A stretch of DNA of 64,000 nucleotides. It comes from a virus. Lineage: Duplodnaviria; Caudoviricetes. The notes below the pieces were generated by a model that ran no database searches, was not told the DNA's origin, and saw only the letters and a program-made list of their open reading frames with translations. The stretch lies in the IMG/VR virus record IMGVR_UViG_3300032007_000028; one strand, given 5' to 3'. Positions 1 through 8,802 of the stretch are shown here, piece by piece; position 1 is the first letter of the stretch; each line of letters opens with the position of its first letter. The translations under genes were made by a program, and so were the position numbers.

Positions 1-80
1 CGACGAATACGTCGACCAATGTACGTCACCTACTACGAAAATCTTCATACGAGAATATTATACAATGCACATAAGAAAAA

Positions 81-560
81 TCACTTTCTTACGAAAGTGT
101 ATTCCTTGTTCGTGTTTTCGAGCCAATTGACCCATTTATAGCCGTATTTCGACGCAGTGTATTCGAATATCGCCTGGTCATACGGTTCGTTCGGCAATCC
201 CTTTGACATTCTGATTCGCTGATACCAGTATCTTATCGCCGAAGGTATCGACACGAGAAATAGTTGAAACGGTCCGAGAATGAGTTGCTGTATCGCATGA
301 CCGAACTCGTGTCTTCTCGTATGTTCGAACCAATCTGGACTCGTTTCGGAATAGTTTCCGCAGAGGGCGACCGCACCGATGCTGAGACCTCCCCAATTAC
401 CGCCAATCTCGACGATTATCGAGCACCCGTTTCGATGCGCTTTATAACCGTTTACAGCCAATGCGAGCACGATGATTAGACCAGGGATTGTGAACAGGCA
501 TCCCCACGTGAGTGAGACGAGCCAGAACATGATTGAAAATAGAATCTTTTTTGCTTTCAT
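81..560 (-). CDS. membrane protein with HExxH zinc-peptidase-like motif
   Basis: Hydrophobic N-terminal helices; RRHEFGH motif with a downstream FE; GAGG SD. Confidence 0.55.
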   Translation of the reverse strand: MKAKKILFSIMFWLVSLTWGCLFTIPGLIIVLALAVNGYKAHRNGCSIIVEIGGNWGGLSIGAVALCGNYSETSPDWFEHTRRHEFGHAIQQLILGPFQLFLVSIPSAIRYWYQRIRMSKGLPNEPYDQAIFEYTASKYGYKWVNWLENTNKEYTFVRK

Positions 561-567
561 AACTACC

Positions 568-1470
568 TCATGACATAATTTTGCATACGACGTAATCTAT
601 TTGACGCTCTCTCGACAAGTCCAATCTGCCTGTTTTCAACTGCCAGTCGAACGACGACAGATACTCAATCGCGTCTATCAGTTTATCGTTGCTGAACTTG
701 TTGCAGGAATAACGAATCGCTGAGAATTTCTTAGGGTTCATACCAAGTTTCTCAGATGTCGCTGAACTGTCCATCTGCACGGAACACACGTCTTTGAAGT
801 TATTGCGAAGAATGGATACGAGGGCATACGCCTCAGACTGTGTGTTGAGATACGCATTCAGGAGTGCGCCAACGCTTGCTTTGTCGTTCTTGACTATTGC
901 ATTCACCAAAGGGAACGGCGAGTCGTCTAACCCATATGCACCAGACTCGAACATTTTGTCGAACGCTTCCGACTGTGCTTCGTTTGAGAATACAGAGAGT
1001 TTCAAGGCTTCGTTTTCAGAAGCGAAGGGGTCGCTTTTGCAGAGTTTTACGAGAGTCTTCGCTCGGTCTTTGGTGAGACCTTGACAAATCGTCGTAACGT
1101 AATCCTCTATCTGCCAATCAACGAGTTTCGGGAACTTGACTTCGAGTTCATTTAGTTCATATGTGCATTTTTTGCACATTACTATGAAGTTGCTTTTCTT
1201 GGACATATACTCTATGTCTTCTTTCGACACTTCGAGTTTATCGCAGATGAACACATGCAACACATCGTCGCTTGCTGAGAATGAGTCGTCGATTGACGTG
1301 ATGAACTCTTCCAGCGTTTCGTGATAGACAATCTCAAGTTCGTTTTTGCTCGCTATCGCTTTGAGATATTGCAGAGGTAAGAACTTCGAATCCTCCCACA
1401 CGAATACGTAGGCGATGTTGTCGATACGACCTTCAGATAATATTTTGTTCTTCAGTTCCTCTACGGTCAT
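568..1470 (-). CDS. holA: DNA polymerase III delta-like clamp-loader subunit
   Basis: HolA-like size and C-terminal pattern (LGMNP..F..I, LSSFDWQLKTGRLD); adjacent to holB/dnaX-like genes; start moved to MTVEEL (ATGA overlap). Confidence 0.7.
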   Translation of the reverse strand: MTVEELKNKILSEGRIDNIAYVFVWEDSKFLPLQYLKAIASKNELEIVYHETLEEFITSIDDSFSASDDVLHVFICDKLEVSKEDIEYMSKKSNFIVMCKKCTYELNELEVKFPKLVDWQIEDYVTTICQGLTKDRAKTLVKLCKSDPFASENEALKLSVFSNEAQSEAFDKMFESGAYGLDDSPFPLVNAIVKNDKASVGALLNAYLNTQSEAYALVSILRNNFKDVCSVQMDSSATSEKLGMNPKKFSAIRYSCNKFSNDKLIDAIEYLSSFDWQLKTGRLDLSRERQIDYVVCKIMS

Positions 1471-2255
1471 TTTGACTTCGCCACCTTCCACAGTTTCACG
1501 ATTAAATGCTCGACGAACATCTCTTTGTTCGGAGAGTACGTCGACAGTTTGGAAATCTCTTCGTCTATTGTTTCGTACATCGTTTTATATGAAGGGTCTT
1601 CGAGTGCTCTGTCATACGACATCCTCAACAGAACGTCGAGGAACAAGTCATATGATATTTTGTCGTACTCGTCTTTGTAGTTTATCTTATTCACGATTGT
1701 CAGCGCATTCGGAAATCTAGCTTTTCCTATGTTCGACATAATGGACTCGGAAAGGGCAATCGTGTCGTCGATGGTCTTCTCGTTTATCTTCAACAACTTT
1801 CCAGGCGTGCGACAGTATTTAATTAGTCTATCAGCGTTGTCTTTGTTCTTGCAGAACGACAGAAGTTCATCGTCAGCGTAGACGTCGAACGTAAACGACA
1901 CGCATCTATTGACTATCGTCTCCAATACGGAATTCTTCGACTCACATAGGATTATGATATACGAATTGTCGAGTGGCTCTTCCAAGAATTTGAGAATGAC
2001 GTTCTGCTCACGCTCGGTCGCATTCGACAAGTCGATGAGATAGATACCTTCGAGCGTCTTTTCGTATATGCCAGAAATCGTTTCGAAGTCGATGTTTTCG
2101 GAGATATCGTACAGAGATAGACCATAATACGACGAAATCTCGTTGGCTAGAACGTGTTTACCACACCCGTCTTCCCCAATAAACATCATAGAATGGGGCA
2201 ACGAGTAGAGGTCGAATGATTTGAGTTCTTTCAGTAATCTATCTTGACCAATCAT
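1467..2255 (-). CDS. holB: DNA polymerase III delta'-like clamp-loader subunit
   Basis: MIGQ start, degenerate Walker A GEDGCGKH, QNVILKFLEEP, LETIVNRC. Confidence 0.8.
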   Translation of the reverse strand: MIGQDRLLKELKSFDLYSLPHSMMFIGEDGCGKHVLANEISSYYGLSLYDISENIDFETISGIYEKTLEGIYLIDLSNATEREQNVILKFLEEPLDNSYIIILCESKNSVLETIVNRCVSFTFDVYADDELLSFCKNKDNADRLIKYCRTPGKLLKINEKTIDDTIALSESIMSNIGKARFPNALTIVNKINYKDEYDKISYDLFLDVLLRMSYDRALEDPSYKTMYETIDEEISKLSTYSPNKEMFVEHLIVKLWKVAKSK

Positions 2256-3295
2256 AATTGCGCGTCGCACAGACTAGCGATTTCAATCGTCGCCGTCATG
2301 TGCTGATTAGAATCGTTTTTCATTTTGTATTTGATGTCGTTGACCTTCGTCACCAGAGACGAGAACACCTTGCATGAATTCTCAATGCCTGTTGCGTACT
2401 TGACGCATCGCGAATCGTTTTCGTGTTTTGGGTTGAGTACGGTCGTAGGTAGTTTCGTATAGGAAATATCCCCAAACAGACAATACTTATTCAAGTCTAG
2501 AAGAAAGCCAATATACTGGTCGATGAACGTCTTCGTTTCGATTCCGTCCATGTGCAGTCTTTCCATAGTCGCTATGACAGAACGTCTATCACCGTCGATG
2601 ATTGCGTTGGTCACGTCGAACATCGCGTCGTATGACACGTTGCCCAACACCTTGAGAACGTTGTTCATAGACAGGTCGACGCTGAAACTGGCGCACTTCT
2701 CTAGCATGGATATCGCGTCTCTGACACCACCATTGGCAAGCTTTGCAATATAGTCGCAAGCGTCTTCGCAATTTAAGAAGCCTTCGCACTTCGAGATGTA
2801 AATCAATCTGTCCCTTACCTGCTCAAACGGAACGCGAGTCAGCGTGAATTTCATCAAACGATTCATAATCGTCGCGGGAATCTTCTGAGGGTCCGTGGTG
2901 CAGAAAATGAATATCGTATACTTGGGTGGCTCCTCTAGGCACTTCAGAAACGCGTTCCATGCGGCCGTTGTGAGCATATGGGCTTCGTCTACGATAATCG
3001 TCTTGTATTCAGAGTCGAGACTTCTTGAGCTTGCTTCGAATATGAGAGAACGCACGTTGTCAACACCGTTGTTCGACGCACCGTCTACTTCGATTGGACT
3101 GCCTTTGCCTTTGTTTATGCAAGATGAGAAGATTCTCGCAAGAGTGGTTTTGCCATCGCCTGAGGGACCACAAAACAAATATGCGTTCTTAAACGTGTTC
3201 GTTTCAAGTTGATGCTTGAGAATCCGAATCGTGTACTCCTGAGAGAGAACGCTTTCGAAATTCTGCGGTCGATATTTTACTGCTAGTGATGGCAT
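2252..3295 (-). CDS. dnaX: DNA polymerase III gamma/tau clamp-loader ATPase
   Basis: LAVKYRPQ, GPSGDGKTT, EVDGASNNGVD, DEAHML, NAFLKCLEEPP, GGVRDAIS. Confidence 0.93.
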   Translation of the reverse strand: MPSLAVKYRPQNFESVLSQEYTIRILKHQLETNTFKNAYLFCGPSGDGKTTLARIFSSCINKGKGSPIEVDGASNNGVDNVRSLIFEASSRSLDSEYKTIIVDEAHMLTTAAWNAFLKCLEEPPKYTIFIFCTTDPQKIPATIMNRLMKFTLTRVPFEQVRDRLIYISKCEGFLNCEDACDYIAKLANGGVRDAISMLEKCASFSVDLSMNNVLKVLGNVSYDAMFDVTNAIIDGDRRSVIATMERLHMDGIETKTFIDQYIGFLLDLNKYCLFGDISYTKLPTTVLNPKHENDSRCVKYATGIENSCKVFSSLVTKVNDIKYKMKNDSNQHMTATIEIASLCDAQL

Positions 3296-3305
3296 CTGTT
3301 GTCTC

Positions 3306-3656
3306 CTACAATTCTTTTTCTACGCTGACCATGTTTTCTGGCAGCCAGCCTTCCCACATTGCTTTCGTCTCGTCTTCAGCGACGCTTACGACGTGAATCA
3401 TCGTACCAAGCTTACGGTCGACTTCGACTCGCATTCTGTCGCACTTTGGGACCGTACCATGATTCCAGTTTCTGTACAGAACGTCATTCGACTTCGGGTC
3501 GAGCAACGAGCGGTCTATATTTATTATATAATAGCGACCTATCGAAATCGACAGATTCGTCTTCTTTGGTATGAAATACGTTTGCGTATCCGCGTCATAA
3601 TTCGCGAGAGAGGCCACGCTTACCTTGAGAAGTTGCTTTTCCGCTTGCTTACTCAT
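3306..3656 (-). CDS. hypothetical protein
   Basis: 116-aa ORF coupled to neighbours. Confidence 0.7.
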   Translation of the reverse strand: MSKQAEKQLLKVSVASLANYDADTQTYFIPKKTNLSISIGRYYIINIDRSLLDPKSNDVLYRNWNHGTVPKCDRMRVEVDRKLGTMIHVVSVAEDETKAMWEGWLPENMVSVEKEL

Positions 3657-4533
3657 CTCTTTCGTCCACGACGTAGGTGGCTATGATGTCTGCCGCATGC
3701 AATAGCGAAACAAGACCATACTTGCTCATAATCGCTGTAATCTCCTCTACCCCATATTTATCTGAATACGAGTACTGATTGACGAGTGCTACAGTTTCTT
3801 CTTTCGTAAGAGGGATATACGCGCTGATTGCATAGTAAGCGGAGAAGCCCTTCGAGCCAATGACGTCCCTTGTGGACGAGTCTACGACTTTATACACTTT
3901 CTTGGACACCCAATCGAAGTTGCCCAACTCGTCGTGCTTCTTCCCAGCGTCGCTGTAGACCTTCTCGTTTTTGATTCCCTCTTCGTAAATCTGCGCTCTG
4001 CACACATCGTGTAACAATGCGACGATTGCGATTGACACATCATCGTATTTGTGTTGAGATGGAACGGGCAGATTGGCGATGAATCTGCGACATGCGATTC
4101 TATATGCGGCCGCTTCTGCGTCCGTATGGATTCCGATGACGCTCATCAACTCGTCCTCAAGTTCTTCTTCGTTCATGCCAACGACGGAGATGCAGTGTTG
4201 CATAACGGCATTGAATCCCATACGCCCTTCATTCACGTCGTCGAGGAGAACGCTTTGATATCGAGAGACGTTCTCCAACTGAGCGTCGTCTTTGAACACG
4301 TTGGTCATCACGTAACCATCACCGAAGTTTTTGTTGAGGTTGAGCATGACGTCGTATACGTTGAGCGAGTGCTGTAATAAGCCACCTTCGAACGAGCAGT
4401 GATACTGCGTAGATGCTGGTGCTTTGAAGAAGCCGATAGTCTCTAAGTAGTTCAATAATCCATCGATGTCGCAATCGTTTCTTTTGTCTGCGATTCCATA
4501 AAGAAGTTCTTTGAATCTGTCTTTGTTGCTCAT
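3649..4533 (-). CDS. HD-domain phosphohydrolase with internal insertion
   Basis: FFKAPASTQYH..FEGGLLQHSLNVY, ALLHDVC, LHAAD; start MSNKD after AAGGAG SD. Confidence 0.8.
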   Translation of the reverse strand: MSNKDRFKELLYGIADKRNDCDIDGLLNYLETIGFFKAPASTQYHCSFEGGLLQHSLNVYDVMLNLNKNFGDGYVMTNVFKDDAQLENVSRYQSVLLDDVNEGRMGFNAVMQHCISVVGMNEEELEDELMSVIGIHTDAEAAAYRIACRRFIANLPVPSQHKYDDVSIAIVALLHDVCRAQIYEEGIKNEKVYSDAGKKHDELGNFDWVSKKVYKVVDSSTRDVIGSKGFSAYYAISAYIPLTKEETVALVNQYSYSDKYGVEEITAIMSKYGLVSLLHAADIIATYVVDERDE

Positions 4534-4623
4534 GTAGTCTCCTTTTCTATAAAAGAATAGCTCCATGATTACCGAGGAGCGACGGCACATGTTCAAGTGC
4601 ATGTGACACTTTAAATTATACAA

Positions 4624-4700
4624 TGGCACCCCCGTGCCGACTCGAACGGCAGACCCACAGCTTAGAAGGCTGTTGCTCTATCCAACTGAGCTACGGGGGT
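4624..4700 (-). tRNA. tRNA-Arg(UCU)
   Basis: Acceptor ACCCCCG/CGGGGGT, anticodon arm ACAGC-CT TCT AA-GCTGT, GTTCGAG T-loop, encoded CCA. Confidence 0.95.
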
Positions 4701-4746
4701 ATATATGAGAATATGCAAGTAGTCAAATTCTCATCATTTTATCGAA

Positions 4747-4823
4747 TGGTCCGCCCTCGGCGACTTGAACGCCGAACCTTGCGATTATAAGTCGCACGCT
4801 CTGACCAATTGAGCTAAGGGCGG
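4747..4823 (-). tRNA. tRNA-Ile(UAU)
   Basis: Acceptor CCGCCCT/AGGGCGG, anticodon arm TGCGA-CT TAT AA-TCGCA, GTTCAAG T-loop, encoded CCA. Confidence 0.9.
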
Positions 4824-4895
4824 ATGTCTGAGATGATGTCGTTCATCTCAGAAGACGCGTCTTTTCTCGTGGCTTAGACGTAACCACATAACCAA

Positions 4896-4951
4896 TGAGC
4901 CGACCAACTAAGGAGATAATTTACAGGAGGCAACCATGAATCGTCGGCTCA
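4896..4951 (-). ncRNA. candidate small RNA hairpin exposing anti-Shine-Dalgarno sequences
   Basis: 9-bp stem TGAGCCGAC/GTCGGCTCA enclosing CAT-N5-CCTCCT and CTCCTT; begins just downstream of TATAAT at 4957-4962. Confidence 0.5.
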
Positions 4952-4967
4952 GATGTATTATACAACG

Positions 4968-5438
4968 TTATGCGTCTTTCTGCTGACTTTCGAGAATATG
5001 TTGCTTCATCTTTTCGGTATTCTCTTCGGTGGTGATGACGACGTACGGAGTCTTCTTCGCTACCACGAATTGGGAAATCGCTTCGTTGAGTTGCTGATTG
5101 CTCTTAAGTTCTTTCTTGAGGGCGTTCTTATTCAACTCTTCTTTAACTCTGAGAAGGGTGTCGTAGTGAAGGCTCTTGATGAGAGCGATGACGTCTGCAT
5201 CGGAAGTATACGATACGGAATCGCGCTCGAATTTGGTCGCGACCATGCCACCGTAAGAGATTGCGTCGGAACCGTCTTCGACGATGTACTCAAGGGCGTT
5301 CGCTTCGATTTCGTCCATCTGGGCCTGAAGCTCTTTGATTTGTTCGTCGAGTTTCTTCTTCTGTTCTTCGAGAGAAGTCTTTTCTTCTTTAAGGGATTTG
5401 TAGGCGAGTAGTGATTGGTTGAATTCTTGATTTGTCAT
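4968..5438 (-). CDS. Gam/Gp157-like coiled-coil protein (putative host-nuclease inhibitor)
   Basis: N-terminal coiled coil plus LLRVKEELNKNALKKELK pattern typical of Mu-Gam-like proteins. Confidence 0.5.
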   Translation of the reverse strand: MTNQEFNQSLLAYKSLKEEKTSLEEQKKKLDEQIKELQAQMDEIEANALEYIVEDGSDAISYGGMVATKFERDSVSYTSDADVIALIKSLHYDTLLRVKEELNKNALKKELKSNQQLNEAISQFVVAKKTPYVVITTEENTEKMKQHILESQQKDA

Positions 5439-5461
5439 AAGTTTTAATCTCCACACTAAAC

Positions 5462-5489
5462 ATTATAGTGGCTATAGACGATATGTCAA
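5462..5489 (-). promoter_or_regulatory. sigma70/sigmaA-type promoter
   Basis: TTGACA-N16-TATAAT on - strand. Confidence 0.75.
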
Positions 5490-5842
5490 GCGTTTTCTTC
5501 AATTAATTTTTCACAGAGGAACCTGAATAGTTTCTCATCGATTACGAAATAGTTCTTCTGGTCTGGACCAAACTCAAACGCAATCGCTGTATTGGACATT
5601 CGCACGGAGAACGCGTCTTCTTTGTTCTTTTCTATCCACGCTTTCTTGATTGAGAACGAATTCTTCTCCGTCATCGGCGTCTTGCATTCGACCAACATGG
5701 ACGCTGATTCTAGAACGACGTCGCCAGCAGAGAAGTCGGCCGCGCCAGAATTCGCCATTCTACGTCCGCCAATCAGTCTCGCAACGTAACTTTCCTGTGC
5801 GGTAGAGAACGTTCTTGTGGCTTCAGGGTTCTTCTTAGGCAT
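5486..5842 (-). CDS. PD-(D/E)XK nuclease, Holliday junction resolvase-like
   Basis: QE..VA...GG....NSGA....GDV.....LVECKT. Confidence 0.75.
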   Translation of the reverse strand: MPKKNPEATRTFSTAQESYVARLIGGRRMANSGAADFSAGDVVLESASMLVECKTPMTEKNSFSIKKAWIEKNKEDAFSVRMSNTAIAFEFGPDQKNYFVIDEKLFRFLCEKLIEENA

Positions 5843-6179
5843 CCGGACCACCGTCCTTCTTCGGCTTGATTAGATTCTTCAGTTCATCTTCAAGACCGTC
5901 TTTGACAGAAGCCTCCTGCTTTGCGATGAGTTCTCTGTTCGCGACGATACCCAACGCTTCGTTGGGAGTGACCCAAACTGGAATCAACTCACTCAGTTGA
6001 GGGTCCGCTGACGCAAACTCCATCACGAATAGGTTTTTGTCGACGATGGAACGATACGACGTGACCATATAATTGTTTCTGAGAAAGAATGCAGTCTGAT
6101 TGGCAATCTCGACCAACATGTCTTCGAATGTTTCGTAATCACCTCTTTTGAAGATGATTTTGCTAGTCTCTTCTTGCAT
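5835..6179 (-). CDS. hypothetical protein
   Basis: MQEETS start after AGGAG SD. Confidence 0.7.
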   Translation of the reverse strand: MQEETSKIIFKRGDYETFEDMLVEIANQTAFFLRNNYMVTSYRSIVDKNLFVMEFASADPQLSELIPVWVTPNEALGIVANRELIAKQEASVKDGLEDELKNLIKPKKDGGPDA

Positions 6180-6180
6180 G

Positions 6181-7353
6181 TTATTTCTCCTCTTCTGCGA
6201 AATCGACTTCGAACGTTTCGGCAACGTTCACATTTAGCATCTTTTCGAACGACACGACGTTCGGGTCGTCTTTCTTGGACAAAGTTTCGTATACTTTATC
6301 ATATAGTTTATGCCACACGTCCAGATGCGTCTCGAAGTACGGCTTCAGATTCTTCTTTCCGCGAATCTTCACGGGAGCGCCATCTGCGTCAAGCATCGGT
6401 TCTCCCGTCTCGGGATTGAGCACGATATACGAACCTGCGGCGGGGTTGTCGATGTAGCCGAAGTACGTCGCGACGTCGATGGTGTCTTGCAGAATGTCGA
6501 CGCCCTTCGTGAAGGAGATGCAAGTTCTGCCCAACTTTCTGTCCCATTTGCACACTTTCGTTTTGAGAACGGCAACTTCCATGATGTAGCCTGCGGGAGA
6601 CTCAGCGTTAGACGACAATTCGTTACCATCTTCGTCGAAGAACTTGCCCTTCTTGACTTTGAGACGAACAGAGCATCCATGCTTCCACCCACGACCACCT
6701 GATGTGACTTCGGCCGGGCCATACGGGTTTAAACCATCGCGCAACTGCTGAATGCCGATTAGAGTGCAATCGTATTTGATGAGAAGACTTGTGATGCGCT
6801 TGACGAAGTCGCCCAACGTATACGCGATACCGCCCATGGACTTCTTGTCGAGGCTCTCGTCATGGACCTGCTGACTGACGAGCATGTTGAGGGAGTCGAT
6901 TACGACCAGACCGACCTCACCAGTTTTGACGATATTGATTACGTCAGTGAGAATGTCTTCAGCAGACTGGTCTTCTGGACGATAGCACAATGTCTTCACA
7001 CGCTCATCGTTCATGTCATAGCCAGCTTTTAAAGCCCAAGAAGGTTCGACACTGCATTCGAGGTCTACGTAAAGAATGCTTCGAGGATTATCTGGGTTCT
7101 TCTTCACTTCCTTCTTCTGATAGGATGCGCAGATAAGAAACGCGAGCGTCGTTTTGCCTGAGCCTTCTGCACCACTCAACTCAATGATTTTGCGTTCTGG
7201 CAGAGAGTTGTACAGACAAAAGTCAAGTCCGGGTGAACCCATCGACAAAGTACCGTATGCCGTTAAATCGTCGACACCGACCGTAATCGCGTTTTTCGTT
7301 TGTTTCTTTTGAATGTTCTTAAGTATTTCAGTAAGCGTAAGTTCGTTAGCCAT
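6181..7353 (-). CDS. recA: RecA/UvsX recombinase
   Basis: GAEGSGKTT Walker A, LVVIDSL Walker B, IQQLRD, TSGGRGWKH. Confidence 0.93.
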   Translation of the reverse strand: MANELTLTEILKNIQKKQTKNAITVGVDDLTAYGTLSMGSPGLDFCLYNSLPERKIIELSGAEGSGKTTLAFLICASYQKKEVKKNPDNPRSILYVDLECSVEPSWALKAGYDMNDERVKTLCYRPEDQSAEDILTDVINIVKTGEVGLVVIDSLNMLVSQQVHDESLDKKSMGGIAYTLGDFVKRITSLLIKYDCTLIGIQQLRDGLNPYGPAEVTSGGRGWKHGCSVRLKVKKGKFFDEDGNELSSNAESPAGYIMEVAVLKTKVCKWDRKLGRTCISFTKGVDILQDTIDVATYFGYIDNPAAGSYIVLNPETGEPMLDADGAPVKIRGKKNLKPYFETHLDVWHKLYDKVYETLSKKDDPNVVSFEKMLNVNVAETFEVDFAEEEK

Positions 7354-7354
7354 G

Positions 7355-7780
7355 TCAATCCCCCATTTCGCACACGCATTCACCGACAATGTTCATCTCG
7401 TCGTTTTGCACCGTATAATGCACTTCATTCAGATAACTGCGTATCGTCTGCTCGCCAATCGCGCTCATCGCGGCCAGTATCTCATCCCGTCTGGTTCGCT
7501 TCAGAACCTCGTCGAGACGTTCGTGGTCGGACAGCACTACGTTCCAATCGAGCACGCCACTTTCGTAAGCGATACGCGTATCTTTCATCACATTCATAAC
7601 GTCCTCGTCCAGCCAATATGCCGTCGGTCTGAACTCTTTGCCAAGACGTTTGTACACTTCGTAATCTATCAAGTCGTTCAAACCGAGTTCAAGCTCGACG
7701 TCGATATCGAACGGCTCATCGAGATTCAGCCCACAGTCAAGACAATGTACGGACATTCCCATAGATAGATAGTACGTCAT
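7355..7780 (-). CDS. hypothetical protein
   Basis: 141-aa ORF with CxxC, translationally coupled. Confidence 0.7.
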   Translation of the reverse strand: MTYYLSMGMSVHCLDCGLNLDEPFDIDVELELGLNDLIDYEVYKRLGKEFRPTAYWLDEDVMNVMKDTRIAYESGVLDWNVVLSDHERLDEVLKRTRRDEILAAMSAIGEQTIRSYLNEVHYTVQNDEMNIVGECVCEMGD

Positions 7781-8331
7781 TGAGATGTAACCCCCATAGA
7801 GATTCTGATTTCTTCCGTTCTGCTGGAAATGATTCGGCGTAAACAGTTCATCATGTCCTGAGCCGAAGCGACTTTGCCTTTCAGCACTTTATACGCGTGG
7901 TCGTAAATCGAAGCGACGACGTTCTCGTACTGAGATTCTATCGCGGCCTTCGCTTGAAGCTCTGATACGGTAATCTTGCTTTTGCCCTTATCGTCTTTGT
8001 CTTTGCTTTCACGTATCGTGCTACGTGCGTATACTTCTTTATACGCAGACGTGGCCATATCCGATTTGATGCCGAGAGTTTCAAGTTTCTCATTCATGAA
8101 GTAAATCATGTTCGACAGTTCAAGATAATATGACTGCAACGTCTCCATTGATGCGTCGTTGTTCTTCACACAAGTAACGAAGATGTCGCTCATCAAGCCG
8201 TCCAATGCTTCGCTATACTCGTGAACGATTTCAGAACACATCTCGTTAAAGTATTTCGTGTTCGACTCAGTCTGCGAAACCACTTCGGAAACGCGGTCTG
8301 TGTCCAGATTGTTAAGAAACGATTCGTTCAT
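7777..8331 (-). CDS. helical protein, possibly UvsY-like recombination mediator
   Basis: All-helical, position between RecU and RecA; function is inference. Confidence 0.4.
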   Translation of the reverse strand: MNESFLNNLDTDRVSEVVSQTESNTKYFNEMCSEIVHEYSEALDGLMSDIFVTCVKNNDASMETLQSYYLELSNMIYFMNEKLETLGIKSDMATSAYKEVYARSTIRESKDKDDKGKSKITVSELQAKAAIESQYENVVASIYDHAYKVLKGKVASAQDMMNCLRRIISSRTEEIRISMGVTSQ

Positions 8332-8801
8332 TTGTCTTCCTCTATGAAATCTATTATATCACGATAGTCCGTATTCATGAACACCCTCTTCTTCGTAGAC
8401 GGCAAATCGAGATATCTGTATCCGTCGAGTTTTCTGACGTTTATGGACTTGCATCCGTCCTTCATCATGTTCGTTATCGTGTCGACGGGGAAATACATCA
8501 CCTTGTCGTGGTCTTGCATCCACAAAACGACACCTGGGTATACGCCCTTCAGAGGCTCATATTGCTTGAGGTCGTCGTACTGTCTCAGCGAAGAGAACGG
8601 AAACGTATTGCCAAGATGCGTCTTCACTTCTACGAGAAACAGTTTTCCAGACACGTATGCGATGTAGTCCGCGGGGTTTCTGGACGAGCCGTAATACCCG
8701 CTTGTGTCATCCTTCAATCTCAGCAAAAAAGAATTAGGGAACGATGTCCCCCAATCCTTTTCGAACTGCTTCTCGAATTTTTTGCCTTTGTTGTCAGCCA
8801 T
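8328..8801 (-). CDS. recU: RecU-like Holliday junction resolvase
   Basis: NKGKKFE, PADYI, LVEVKT, FPFSSLRQ. Confidence 0.8.
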   Translation of the reverse strand: MADNKGKKFEKQFEKDWGTSFPNSFLLRLKDDTSGYYGSSRNPADYIAYVSGKLFLVEVKTHLGNTFPFSSLRQYDDLKQYEPLKGVYPGVVLWMQDHDKVMYFPVDTITNMMKDGCKSINVRKLDGYRYLDLPSTKKRVFMNTDYRDIIDFIEEDK

Positions 8802-8802
8802 A

